Source of the DNA: an uncultured bacterium
GTDB lineage: Bacteria > Patescibacteriota > Patescibacteriia > Patescibacteriales > UBA12465
Direction of reading: 5' to 3'
Assembly (NCBI GenBank): GCA_903945435.1
Contig: CAJAVM010000003.1
Coordinates: forward strand, 1,352-65,351
DNA length: 64,000 nt
Positions 55,445 through 64,000 of this stretch are shown here, piece after piece. A program made the translations under genes and the position numbers. Each line of letters opens with the position of its first letter. Within the stretch, counting starts at the first letter, position 1. Under the pieces are notes generated by a model, which was not told the DNA's origin, ran no database searches, and saw nothing but the letters and a program-made list of their open reading frames with translations.

Positions 55445-56194
55445 ATGCTTAAAAAAATTACACAGATTGGTTTAGCGGTCTTTTTTGTAGTTATTATATA
55501 CCTATTAGCAGCCAATTGGTTTACTTATTATAGTTTTGGAGCATTTGTTCTCCCAGCAAGCGATACTGAATATCGTCATGTTTTTAATTATCAAGCAGCT
55601 ACTTCCTCAACGCTAATTTATGTTTCCCTTGGCGATAGCTTAACGGCTGGCGTTGGTACAACAGATTATTCTCAGACCTACCCCTATCTTATAGCTGAAA
55701 AAATGGCTGGAACTTCAACTAAAGTGATTCATTACAACGCCTCTTATCCTGGCGCTAGAACTCACGATATTCTTGATCATCTATTAGTAAATGCTATTAG
55801 CCAAAAACCAGATGTCGTTACACTTTTAATTGGGACAAACGATATTCACGGACATGTAAGTAAAAAGGTTTTTCGTGAAACTTATGAGGCTATTATTTCA
55901 GAATTAATAAACAAAACTGAAGCTAAAATAAATGTAATCAGCATCCCATTTATTGGAACCGACTCCATATTCTTACCCCCCTATAATTATTACTATCATT
56001 ATAGGATTCTGAGTTTTAATAAAATAATCAAAGAAATAACTATTAAAAATAAAGTAAATTATATTGATTTAACAACACCAACTGCGGCCTATGCTACAAA
56101 AAATAGTAGCTATTATGCAATCGATAAGTTTCATCCATCGGAACTAGGTTATCAGTATTGGTTTCAAATTATTTATGACAATCTCAATTATTAA
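55445..56194 (+). CDS. SGNH/GDSL-family hydrolase (membrane-anchored)
   Basis: GDSL block YVSLGDSLTAGVG. GTND block LLIGTNDIHG. DxxH near the C-terminus (DKFHPS). Confidence 0.7.
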   Translation: MLKKITQIGLAVFFVVIIYLLAANWFTYYSFGAFVLPASDTEYRHVFNYQAATSSTLIYVSLGDSLTAGVGTTDYSQTYPYLIAEKMAGTSTKVIHYNASYPGARTHDILDHLLVNAISQKPDVVTLLIGTNDIHGHVSKKVFRETYEAIISELINKTEAKINVISIPFIGTDSIFLPPYNYYYHYRILSFNKIIKEITIKNKVNYIDLTTPTAAYATKNSSYYAIDKFHPSELGYQYWFQIIYDNLNY

Positions 56195-57278
56195 CGCTGT
56201 TCAATCAACACAAATTTTTTTAGGGTTATTTATTCTAGTTTTACTAATAACACTTCGGAAAAAACCAATTTTTGATGGACTATCTATTAATACTACTCAA
56301 GAGCTAAAGGGATTTGCAATTTTAGCCATTTTTTTTGCACATATCGGCTATTTTTTAGTAAGTGATACCCGTTTTTTATTTCCTCTTTCAATTGCTGCTG
56401 GGGTAGGGGTTAATTTATTTTTAATGTTGTCTGGTTATGGTTTGGTAATTAGCTCATTATCAAAACCCTTATCAATTATTCAATTTTATAAACGTCGTTT
56501 ATTAAAAATATATTCACCTTTTTGGTTGGCCTTTTTAATATTTTTAGGTCTAGATTTCTTTATACTTGGTAAAGCATATAGCTTTACCTATATCTGGCAG
56601 TCATTGATAGGTTTTTTCCCAAGTGCTAATTCTTCTGACATAAACTCACCATTTTGGTATTTTACTCTCATCGTTGCTTATTATCTTGTATTTCCTTTGG
56701 TATTTTGGCGTAAGCAACCATGGGTCTCGGCTATAATTTTATATTTAGCGGGTTATTTTTTCTTACGTTGGGAACCTACTGAAATGCACAAAGTTATTTG
56801 GCTCTATGAAGTACATATCCTTGCCTTTCCATTAGGAGTTCTGCTTGGGAGTTTGGTTACTAAATACAAAGGGAGTTTATTTCAGGCTAAAGTAAATACA
56901 ATTTGGGGAAAAATCACTAGACGTAATTGGTTAAATATAATAGGGTATTGCATTTTTGTGCTTTTCCTGTCAGGATTAGTCGTCTATACCGCTTATTATT
57001 CAAATATTGAAGGAACTCGTTGGCAAGAAGAATATACGAGTATAATAACCTGTTTAGCATTAATAATTTTATTCTCAATTAAAAAGATAGAAAGTCGGTT
57101 ATTTTACTGGTTTGGATTTTTTTCTTATGAAGTTTATCTATTACATTGGCCAATTTTATCTCGTTTTGATATTTTTTATTCTTGGGCGCCAGCTTGGCTA
57201 GCGACAGTATTATATCTATTATTTTTCTTAGGGGTTAGTTGGTTAGTAAAAAAAATAATTAATAAAATCAACCCATAA
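56175..57278 (+). CDS. acyltransferase family 3 (OafA/OatA-like) membrane protein
   Basis: Ten TM helices. FAILAIFFAHIGYF region typical of acyltransferase_3. Confidence 0.6.
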   Translation: MTISIINAVQSTQIFLGLFILVLLITLRKKPIFDGLSINTTQELKGFAILAIFFAHIGYFLVSDTRFLFPLSIAAGVGVNLFLMLSGYGLVISSLSKPLSIIQFYKRRLLKIYSPFWLAFLIFLGLDFFILGKAYSFTYIWQSLIGFFPSANSSDINSPFWYFTLIVAYYLVFPLVFWRKQPWVSAIILYLAGYFFLRWEPTEMHKVIWLYEVHILAFPLGVLLGSLVTKYKGSLFQAKVNTIWGKITRRNWLNIIGYCIFVLFLSGLVVYTAYYSNIEGTRWQEEYTSIITCLALIILFSIKKIESRLFYWFGFFSYEVYLLHWPILSRFDIFYSWAPAWLATVLYLLFFLGVSWLVKKIINKINP

Positions 57279-57308
57279 AGAATTCGGCTTACTCAATAAA
57301 CGTATTTT

Positions 57309-58928
57309 ATGAAAACATTTCAAGAACTGGGCTTAAATGCCCATATTCAAAAAAGTCTTAAGGAACTTGGCTATATTGAAGCTACTCCGATTCAAGAAGA
57401 AGCAATCCCATTCGTTCTTGAAAATGATCAAGATTTAATTGGACTAGCTCAAACTGGAACTGGTAAAACGGCCGCTTTTGGTCTACCTATTCTCAACAAG
57501 TTAAAGAAAAATAAAGACGTCCAAGCTATTATTTTATGTCCAACTAGAGAATTGTGCTTGCAAATTAGCAGGGAAATGACTAATTTTTCTAAATACTCGC
57601 AAGGAGTAACGATTGCTACTGTTTATGGTGGAGCGAGCGCTGAAATCCAAATTAGAGATATTCGGGCTGGCGCCAATATTGTTGTTGGTACTCCTGGCCG
57701 TGTTTATGATTTAATTAGAAAACGAGTTCTAAAAATGCATACGATTAGATTTGTTGTTCTTGACGAGGCTGATGAAATGTTAGACCTCGGCTTTAAAGAT
57801 GATTTAGATGCTATTTTAGAAGATACTCCAGAGACTAAACAAACAATGCTTTTTTCTGCAACTATGTCAGCTAGTATTTATAATATTGCAAAAAAGTTCA
57901 TGCGCGAGCCAAAAGAAATTAGTGTTGGTAAAAAAAATATTGGTGCTGATAAAGTAAGCCATCAATATTATTTTACTAGACCAGGCTATAAGTATGAAGT
58001 TCTAAGAAGAATTGTTGACTCTGAACCTGATATTTATGGAATTTTGTTCTGTCGTACTAAACATGAAACTCAAGAGATTGCTGATAAATTAAAGGAAGAT
58101 CGTTATTCAACTGAAACTTTACATGGAGATATCCCACAGCATACTCGCACTTTAATTATGGAACGCTTTCGTCAACGTAAAATTCAATTATTAGTGGCAA
58201 CTGATGTAGCGGCACGCGGAATTGATGTTAATGATTTAACTCATGTTATTAATTATAATCTACCAGAAGCTAATGAAATATACGTTCATCGTAGCGGTCG
58301 TACTGGACGAGCACAAAAAAGCGGAACCTCAATTTCTTTATTAACTACCCGTGAAGCTTATAAAATTCGCGAACTTGAACAAAAAACTGGAAAAACTTTT
58401 GAACTTAAGCAGGTTCCAACTGGTAAAGAAATTTGCGAGAGACAATTAATTAGTCTGGTTGATAAGATGAAAAATATTAAAGTTGATGAAAAAGAAATTG
58501 CTTCTTTTCTTCCTGCGATTGAAGAAAGCTTAAAAGGGTTATCGCGCCAACAACTTCTTACGCGCTTTGTTTCTGCTGAGTTTAATCATTTTATAGAATT
58601 ATATAAAGATGCTAAAGACCTGCAAATATTATCGCCTAATGATAAATTCGGCGGAGATAGGGGTGGACGCGAACGTCGCGAACGTCAACCTGATGAAAAT
58701 TTCATTAATGTAATGATAAATGTTGGTCGTGATGATAGATTTGAAATTAAAGACTTATTCAGCATGGTTAATAGCCAACGAGAACTAAAAGGGGCCGATA
58801 TTGGAAAAGTAAAAATGTCCGGAACTTTTACGACTTTTGGTATTGATAAAACTAAAGAAAAAGTTGTTGTCCGTTGCCTAAAAGGACTTCGTTTTAGAGG
58901 ACAAGTAATCGACGCTAAGCTAGCTTAA
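57309..58928 (+). CDS. DEAD-box ATP-dependent RNA helicase (DeaD/CsdA-like with C-terminal RNA-binding extension)
   Basis: Q motif, AQTGTGKT, DEAD (VVLDEADEM), SAT, HRSGRTGR. C-terminal DbpA-like domain. Confidence 0.85.
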   Translation: MKTFQELGLNAHIQKSLKELGYIEATPIQEEAIPFVLENDQDLIGLAQTGTGKTAAFGLPILNKLKKNKDVQAIILCPTRELCLQISREMTNFSKYSQGVTIATVYGGASAEIQIRDIRAGANIVVGTPGRVYDLIRKRVLKMHTIRFVVLDEADEMLDLGFKDDLDAILEDTPETKQTMLFSATMSASIYNIAKKFMREPKEISVGKKNIGADKVSHQYYFTRPGYKYEVLRRIVDSEPDIYGILFCRTKHETQEIADKLKEDRYSTETLHGDIPQHTRTLIMERFRQRKIQLLVATDVAARGIDVNDLTHVINYNLPEANEIYVHRSGRTGRAQKSGTSISLLTTREAYKIRELEQKTGKTFELKQVPTGKEICERQLISLVDKMKNIKVDEKEIASFLPAIEESLKGLSRQQLLTRFVSAEFNHFIELYKDAKDLQILSPNDKFGGDRGGRERRERQPDENFINVMINVGRDDRFEIKDLFSMVNSQRELKGADIGKVKMSGTFTTFGIDKTKEKVVVRCLKGLRFRGQVIDAKLA

Positions 58929-58940
58929 ATAAATAAATAA

Positions 58941-59717
58941 ATGACTATCGCTGATTACCAATTAATTACTAGTCTGCAAAATAATCAAATCAAGTTATTG
59001 GAAAAGTTAAATACTAAAAAATATCGCCAAGTAGAAAAAAAATTCTTGGTTGAAAATTTAGCAATTATTTTTGATGCCTTAAAAGATGGTTACGATTTTG
59101 AAGCCTTATTTATTACTGAAGCTTTTGCGAGTAAGCATCAAGCAGAGCTTGAATTTATACATACTAAAACTAAGAGCAAAAACTTTTATCTTATCAATGA
59201 AAAATTAAATAAGCATTATTCTAAATTAGATACTCCTTCAGGGATTACCGCTATTTATAATATTAAAACTAAATCGCCAGATAAAACATCAATTATCTAT
59301 TTAAATGGAGTAAGCGACCCTGGAAATTTAGGAACAATAATGCGTAGCGCCCTAGCTTTCAATTTTGTAAATTTAATTTTAGACAAACATTGTGTTGATA
59401 TCTATAATTATAAAGTTATTAATGCCGCGAAGGATGCTATCTTTAAATTAAATATTATTGAAGACAATGACGGTAAATGGCTCCAGGAGAACAAATTACC
59501 TCTTTATGCGGCCAGTGCGCACTCGGGTGTTGATTTAGCAAAATTTAAGCCCGCAAAGGCCTTCTGCTTAGTCTTAGGAAGCGAGAGTCATGGCATTAAT
59601 GAAGAAATCTCAAAACTAACGACTAAAAACATAAAAATAGAAATCTCAAAAAATATCGAGTCTTTAAATGTTGCCGTAGCGGCCGCTATTTTATTTTATG
59701 AACTCAGAAATAAATAA
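58941..59717 (+). CDS. SpoU/TrmH-family RNA 2'-O-methyltransferase
   Basis: SPOUT motifs (NLGTIMRSALAF; LVLGSESHGI; SLNVAVAAAILFYEL). Confidence 0.7.
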   Translation: MTIADYQLITSLQNNQIKLLEKLNTKKYRQVEKKFLVENLAIIFDALKDGYDFEALFITEAFASKHQAELEFIHTKTKSKNFYLINEKLNKHYSKLDTPSGITAIYNIKTKSPDKTSIIYLNGVSDPGNLGTIMRSALAFNFVNLILDKHCVDIYNYKVINAAKDAIFKLNIIEDNDGKWLQENKLPLYAASAHSGVDLAKFKPAKAFCLVLGSESHGINEEISKLTTKNIKIEISKNIESLNVAVAAAILFYELRNK

Positions 59718-61311
59718 GGTAATTAGAGTTGAAGAAGTTGCGCTCGGCCTAGATGAAGATGAGTCAATTCTTAAATCTAAAATTTCTAAAATTCTCAACT
59801 TACCCGAATCAGAAATACTCGAATATCAAATTGTTAAAAAAACTATTGATTCTCGTCAAAAGAATATTCTTTTTGTATATTCACTTGATATTAAAGTTAA
59901 AAATATCAAAATGATAAATACTTGGGATATTCGTCATCGGGCGAGAATCCACGAGCCTTTTATCTATCAAGAAAAAACCATCAATAAAAAAACTAACAAA
60001 AAAATCGTTATCGTTGGTAGTGGTCCTTGTGGTTTATTTTCCGCTTTATTATTATCTAAGGCTGGCTTAAAGCCATTATTAATAGAGCAGGGAAAAGACG
60101 TTGATGCTCGCGTAGAAGATGTAAATAATTTTTTTAAAGAACGAAAATTTAATTCAAAATCAAATATTCAATTTGGGGAAGGTGGGGCGGGGACTTTTTC
60201 TGATGGTAAATTATATACCCTAATCAACGACCCGCGTTCTAAATATATTTTTACAGAACTCATTAAAGCCGGTGCTCCGGAAGAAATTGCCGTCAGCGGG
60301 ACTCCTCACATTGGAACTGACAAGTTACGATTAGTGATTAAAAATATTCGAGCTAAGATTATTAAACTTGGGGGAGAAATCAGATTCGAAACCTGTTTAA
60401 CTGATTTAGAAATCAAAAATAAAAAAATAAAATCTATTACTATAAACAATACTGAAAAGCTTAAGGTTGACGAACTTATTTTAGCAACTGGGCATTCTGC
60501 TCGTGATACCTATCAATTACTTTATCAGCGCGGGCTCAGTATGAGTGCTAAAGCTTTTTCAATTGGTCTACGTATTGAACATGAAGCTAATACAATTAAT
60601 AAAGCCCAATATAAAGATGCTTATAATCACCCTAAATTAGGAGTAGCTAAATATAAGTTAGTTCAGCATTTATACAATAATCGACCAGTTTATAGTTTTT
60701 GTATGTGCCCGGGTGGTTATGTTATGGGTGCAGCCTCTGAAGAAGGGGGTGTAGTTACTAATGGAATGAGTGAATATTCTCAAAATGGAATAAATTCTAA
60801 TAGCGCTCTATTAGTCCCAGTTACACCAAGCGATTTTAATTCTGAGCATCCACTTGCCGGTATAGAATTTCAAAGAAAATTTGAACAAGCCGCTTATCTT
60901 GCGGGTGGTAGTGATTATTCAGCACCAGCCCAATTACTTGGAGATTTTTTAAACCAACAACCATCACTTACCTCTAAAAACATAAAACCAACTTATAGAC
61001 CAGGAATCAAGATGACCTCACTCAATTCTTGTTTACCGGATTATATATTGAGTAGCTTGAGGGAGGCAATCCCACTGTTTGAAAGAAAAATCAAGGGCTT
61101 TTCTAATCCTAATGCTATTTTAACCGGAGTTGAAACTAGGAGCTCTGCTCCAGTGCGATTAGAAAGAAATGAAAAGTATGAATCAAATATTACAGGAATC
61201 TATCCAGCCGGTGAAGGTGCTGGGCATGCCGGAGGGATAGTTTCTTCGGCAATTGACGGCTTAACGGTAGCTGAAGCGATAATTGATAAAATAAATGAAG
61301 AAAAAAAATAA
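59698..61311 (+). CDS. FAD-dependent dehydrogenase (COG2509-like, uncharacterized)
   Basis: Rossmann motif IVIVGSGPCGLFSALLL and a C-terminal GEGAGHAGGI motif. Confidence 0.55.
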   Translation: MNSEINKVIRVEEVALGLDEDESILKSKISKILNLPESEILEYQIVKKTIDSRQKNILFVYSLDIKVKNIKMINTWDIRHRARIHEPFIYQEKTINKKTNKKIVIVGSGPCGLFSALLLSKAGLKPLLIEQGKDVDARVEDVNNFFKERKFNSKSNIQFGEGGAGTFSDGKLYTLINDPRSKYIFTELIKAGAPEEIAVSGTPHIGTDKLRLVIKNIRAKIIKLGGEIRFETCLTDLEIKNKKIKSITINNTEKLKVDELILATGHSARDTYQLLYQRGLSMSAKAFSIGLRIEHEANTINKAQYKDAYNHPKLGVAKYKLVQHLYNNRPVYSFCMCPGGYVMGAASEEGGVVTNGMSEYSQNGINSNSALLVPVTPSDFNSEHPLAGIEFQRKFEQAAYLAGGSDYSAPAQLLGDFLNQQPSLTSKNIKPTYRPGIKMTSLNSCLPDYILSSLREAIPLFERKIKGFSNPNAILTGVETRSSAPVRLERNEKYESNITGIYPAGEGAGHAGGIVSSAIDGLTVAEAIIDKINEEKK

Positions 61312-61355
61312 ACTTACGTAATAGTAGGTATATTAATAAAATTATAAAAAAATTT

Positions 61356-61880
61356 ATGGAAGAGCTAAAAAATCAAGATAAAAAAGAAGGCCATCATCAT
61401 AGTCATCACAATAATAGTTTCCGTGATTGTATTAGTGGCCATTGTCATAATTGCAACATGGGGCATAAAGTTGGAAAAATTTTAATTGTTATCTTTATTG
61501 TTTGGGCCTTAATTTCTATTGGTGTTGCTATGGGCTCACAATTTAATCGTTTTGAAGGAAGAGGAGAGTTTGGCCAAAATAAATTTATGATGGAAAAGGG
61601 TGGTTGCGGTTTTAATAATTTTTCGGATGATTCTCGAGGTGGTAACCAACAATTTCAAAACCAACGCGGTGAAGGTCAAAATTTTAATGGTGGTTGTGGA
61701 CAGCAAGTTCAAACACCCCAATTTAATAACCAAGCTAACGTCGGTGGATGTGCTATGCAAGGCGGCGCACAAGGTGGAACACAATGTAATAATCCTAGTT
61801 GTCCACTTAATCAAGCTACTCCATCTCAATTTGTCCCTGTAAACCCTACGCCAGAAATACCAACAGTTATAACTCAGTAA
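61356..61880 (+). CDS. His/Cys-rich single-pass membrane protein with G/Q/N-rich extracytoplasmic tail
   Basis: HHHSHHNNSFRDCISGHCHNCNMGH, then a TM helix, then a G/Q/N-rich region with GGCG and CxxPSC motifs. Confidence 0.4.
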   Translation: MEELKNQDKKEGHHHSHHNNSFRDCISGHCHNCNMGHKVGKILIVIFIVWALISIGVAMGSQFNRFEGRGEFGQNKFMMEKGGCGFNNFSDDSRGGNQQFQNQRGEGQNFNGGCGQQVQTPQFNNQANVGGCAMQGGAQGGTQCNNPSCPLNQATPSQFVPVNPTPEIPTVITQ

Positions 61881-61982
61881 AATTTTAAAACTGCCTCATT
61901 AACGGGGCAGTTTTTGTAAGTATTTACCTAGTGTTTAATCAATGCTATAATCAGAAAACTAATATAATATAAATACAAAAAT

Positions 61983-62513
61983 ATGACAGAAAAAACCAAA
62001 GAAATTATTAATAACCAAATAAACGAAGAATTCTATTCTGCTTATCTTTATTTAGCTTTTTCCGCTAAATTAGAGAAATGGGGTTTTAAAGGCGCGGCCA
62101 ATTGGATGAAAATTCAAGCTCAAGAAGAAAATGACCACGCTTTAGGATTCTTTCGCTTTTTATTAGAAAGAGGCGAAGAGCCAGAACTCCGAGCAATAGC
62201 TAAACCAGAAGAGGCTAGTCTAAAAAATATGCTAGACATGTTCTCGGCTGGACTCGCCCACGAAAAGCATATTACCGCCTGCATAGGTAAAATTTATGAA
62301 TTAGCTCGAGAAGAGAAAGATTATGCCCTTGAATCATTTACAAAATGGTATATTGATGAACAGGTAGAAGAAGAAGCAAATGCTATAGAAATAATCGATA
62401 AACTTAAATTGATTGGTGATAATGGTTCCGCTGTTTATATGCTAGACCAAGAATTGAAAGCAAGAATGTATGTTCCCTCTGGTCCATACGCAACGGCTAA
62501 TACTGCCGCTTAA
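61983..62513 (+). CDS. ferritin (non-heme, Ftn-type)
   Basis: Ferroxidase-site residues in the EEFYSAYLYLAFSA...QEENDHAL context. 176 aa. Confidence 0.75.
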   Translation: MTEKTKEIINNQINEEFYSAYLYLAFSAKLEKWGFKGAANWMKIQAQEENDHALGFFRFLLERGEEPELRAIAKPEEASLKNMLDMFSAGLAHEKHITACIGKIYELAREEKDYALESFTKWYIDEQVEEEANAIEIIDKLKLIGDNGSAVYMLDQELKARMYVPSGPYATANTAA

Positions 62514-62588
62514 TAGAATTATATAATAAAAATAAGGCCCTTTGGGGGCCTTATTTTGTAAGATAGAAGAGGGTAATAACTAGATTCC

Positions 62589-63389
62589 TTAGTCATTATC
62601 TCTTTCATTTTTTTCTGCTTTACGAATTGCATTCTGAATATGGACATTAAGATTATTTCTATATTCTGCATGACGTTTATCTTTTTTATACTTTTTCTCT
62701 TTTTTTTCATGACGTTCATCTTTATCATCATCATGGCATTTCTTGATAGTTGGAGTAGTAGTTCCGGTACCCGGAGTACTTGTGCTGTTAGCTAAAGTAA
62801 CAACTGTAATGGTTGCTGTTTTAGCTGATATATTCCCCGCGACATCATAAGCGGCAATCGCAAACTGATAAGAAGTTGAGGCGGTTAAACCAGTACTATT
62901 AAACTGTAGACTGGAAGTATTACCTAGTAAAATACCATCCTTATATATTTTATAACCAACTACAGCAATATTATCAGCTGAAGCTGTCCAAGTTAGTTTT
63001 ACTAAATTTTTAGTTTTACTTGGAGAAACTAAATTAGTTGGAACAGTTGGGACAATAGTGTCAGCAACTACGACAATATCTCCTAGATATTTAGAAGTTA
63101 GCATTGAATTAGCTGAGATACTACTACCATGTTGTCCTCCAAAAATTGCAGTTGCGTTCGTACCGCAAAGAGCATTAATTGCCGCCGCGCCGCCTGGATG
63201 GAAAGGAGCGTAACTCGTTAGATTGTATACTTTACCATTTACTATTGACCAGCAATCAGATGCTGTATTATGCGTTTGAACTTGAGCGACTGTATAAGTA
63301 GTCGCCGCCTCTACATTTTTGGGAGTAGTAAGTAGTGCTGATGCTCCACCAAAGACTACCAACATTCCCATAATTAAGTATTTTTTCAT
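62589..63389 (-). CDS. secreted cytochrome b5-like heme-binding domain + fibronectin type III domain protein with charged K/E/D/H-rich C-terminal tail
   Basis: Signal peptide. Cyt-b5 motif NGKVYNLTSYAPFHPGG. FN3-like block (LTWTASADNIAVVGYKIYKDG...YQFAIAAYDVAGNIS). Confidence 0.5.
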   Translation of the reverse strand: MKKYLIMGMLVVFGGASALLTTPKNVEAATTYTVAQVQTHNTASDCWSIVNGKVYNLTSYAPFHPGGAAAINALCGTNATAIFGGQHGSSISANSMLTSKYLGDIVVVADTIVPTVPTNLVSPSKTKNLVKLTWTASADNIAVVGYKIYKDGILLGNTSSLQFNSTGLTASTSYQFAIAAYDVAGNISAKTATITVVTLANSTSTPGTGTTTPTIKKCHDDDKDERHEKKEKKYKKDKRHAEYRNNLNVHIQNAIRKAEKNERDND

Positions 63390-63563
63390 AAAGTTTGTAA
63401 GTGATAAAATAAATTTTTTATTTCATCCCTTCATTAAGAATTAATGTTTAACATAATATAGTACACACCGCGATTTGTTTTGTTACATTCAAATGGATAT
63501 AATGAACAAATATAATCGGATATGTAACAATTTCCTTATAAATTTGTATAGTATCATGTAAAT

Positions 63564-64000
63564 ATGCCAAAAAATTCCCAAAATTTTATTGGGCACTACA
63601 ATCAATTCAAAGATAAAATATATAATTATATTTTATACCGAACCGGCTTTGATAGAGACTTGGCGGAAGATTTGACATCCGAAGTTTTTATTAAAGCTTT
63701 TAAGAGCTTTGAAAGTTTTGACAAAGAATTAAATTTTCAAGCCTGGATATTTACTATTGCTCGCAATCATTTAATTAACCACTATAGAGCCAGTAAAAAA
63801 ACCGTACCCCTGGAAGACATGGAAAATGTTTTGCAAACTAAGTCTGATGAGCTTGGACAAAAGCTAGAAGTAGAAAGAATCTTAGATATTATAAACAGAA
63901 TGGACGATAGCGATAAAGACCCCCTACTGTTACGTTATTCTGACGGTTTATCAAATACGGAAATTGCAAGTGTGCTAGAAAAAGACGAGGGTGCAGTTAG
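63564..64000 (+). CDS. ECF-type RNA polymerase sigma factor (sigma-70 family), 3'-truncated by window end
   Basis: Region 2 (DLAEDLTSEVFIKAFKSFESF...WIFTIARNHLINHYR). Region 4 begins with LLLRYSDGLSNTEIASVLE. The ORF runs off the window and is absent from the supplied track. Confidence 0.65.
   Translation, partial: MPKNSQNFIGHYNQFKDKIYNYILYRTGFDRDLAEDLTSEVFIKAFKSFESFDKELNFQAWIFTIARNHLINHYRASKKTVPLEDMENVLQTKSDELGQKLEVERILDIINRMDDSDKDPLLLRYSDGLSNTEIASVLEKDEGAV

Noticed and set aside
1-64000. Looked for CRISPR arrays, reverse transcriptases (DGR/retron/group II intron), rRNA genes, tmRNA and SRP RNA
   Set aside because: No regularly spaced direct repeats were seen. No ORF has a YxDD RT motif. 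No rRNA-like conserved blocks were seen, and no tmRNA or 4.5S signature sequences. The candidate defence content is protein-based only.

Overview
This is a 64 kb, AT-rich window whose gene content and protein architectures suggest a reduced-genome (CPR/Patescibacteria-like) bacterium; that placement is inference. The outer regions are core chromosome. They carry the end of a malic enzyme gene, an unannotated RNase P RNA (rnpB), tRNA-Leu(CAA) and tRNA-Gln(CUG). Housekeeping genes include mnmA, parA, parB, dnaE, FtsW/RodA, rplY, prmC, prfA, rpmE, greA, lysS, a DEAD-box helicase, a SpoU-type methyltransferase, ferritin and a partial ECF sigma factor. There are two surface-polysaccharide gene clusters, and three Wzy/O-antigen-ligase-like proteins across the window. 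One gene encodes a roughly 1100 aa surface protein with a lamin-tail domain and two LamG-like domains. Between tRNA-Gln (36.6 kb) and a polysaccharide deacetylase gene (54.3 kb) lies an accessory island of about 17.6 kb that looks like one or two integrated mobile elements. It contains an M-R-M restriction-modification cassette with a putative HNH endonuclease, and a large serine recombinase followed by a long structured inverted-repeat element. It also has two tandem zinc-ribbon membrane-protein paralogs, terminase small and large subunits with no capsid or tail genes, and two paralogous DNA methyltransferases, one fused to a ParB-like nuclease domain. The most interesting part is a tightly packed five-gene operon: a PHP phosphoesterase fused to an ABC/Rad50-like coiled-coil ATPase (reminiscent of the single-gene Ppl defence system), a polytopic membrane protein, a PD-(D/E)xK-like protein, a HEPN Rx4H protein and a C-terminal zinc-finger protein. 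It is closed by a strong terminator and an AlpA/excisionase-like HTH gene. I propose this operon as a candidate undescribed anti-phage/abortive-infection module carried on the element. Nothing here was searched or computed; all calls come from reading motifs and structure by eye.
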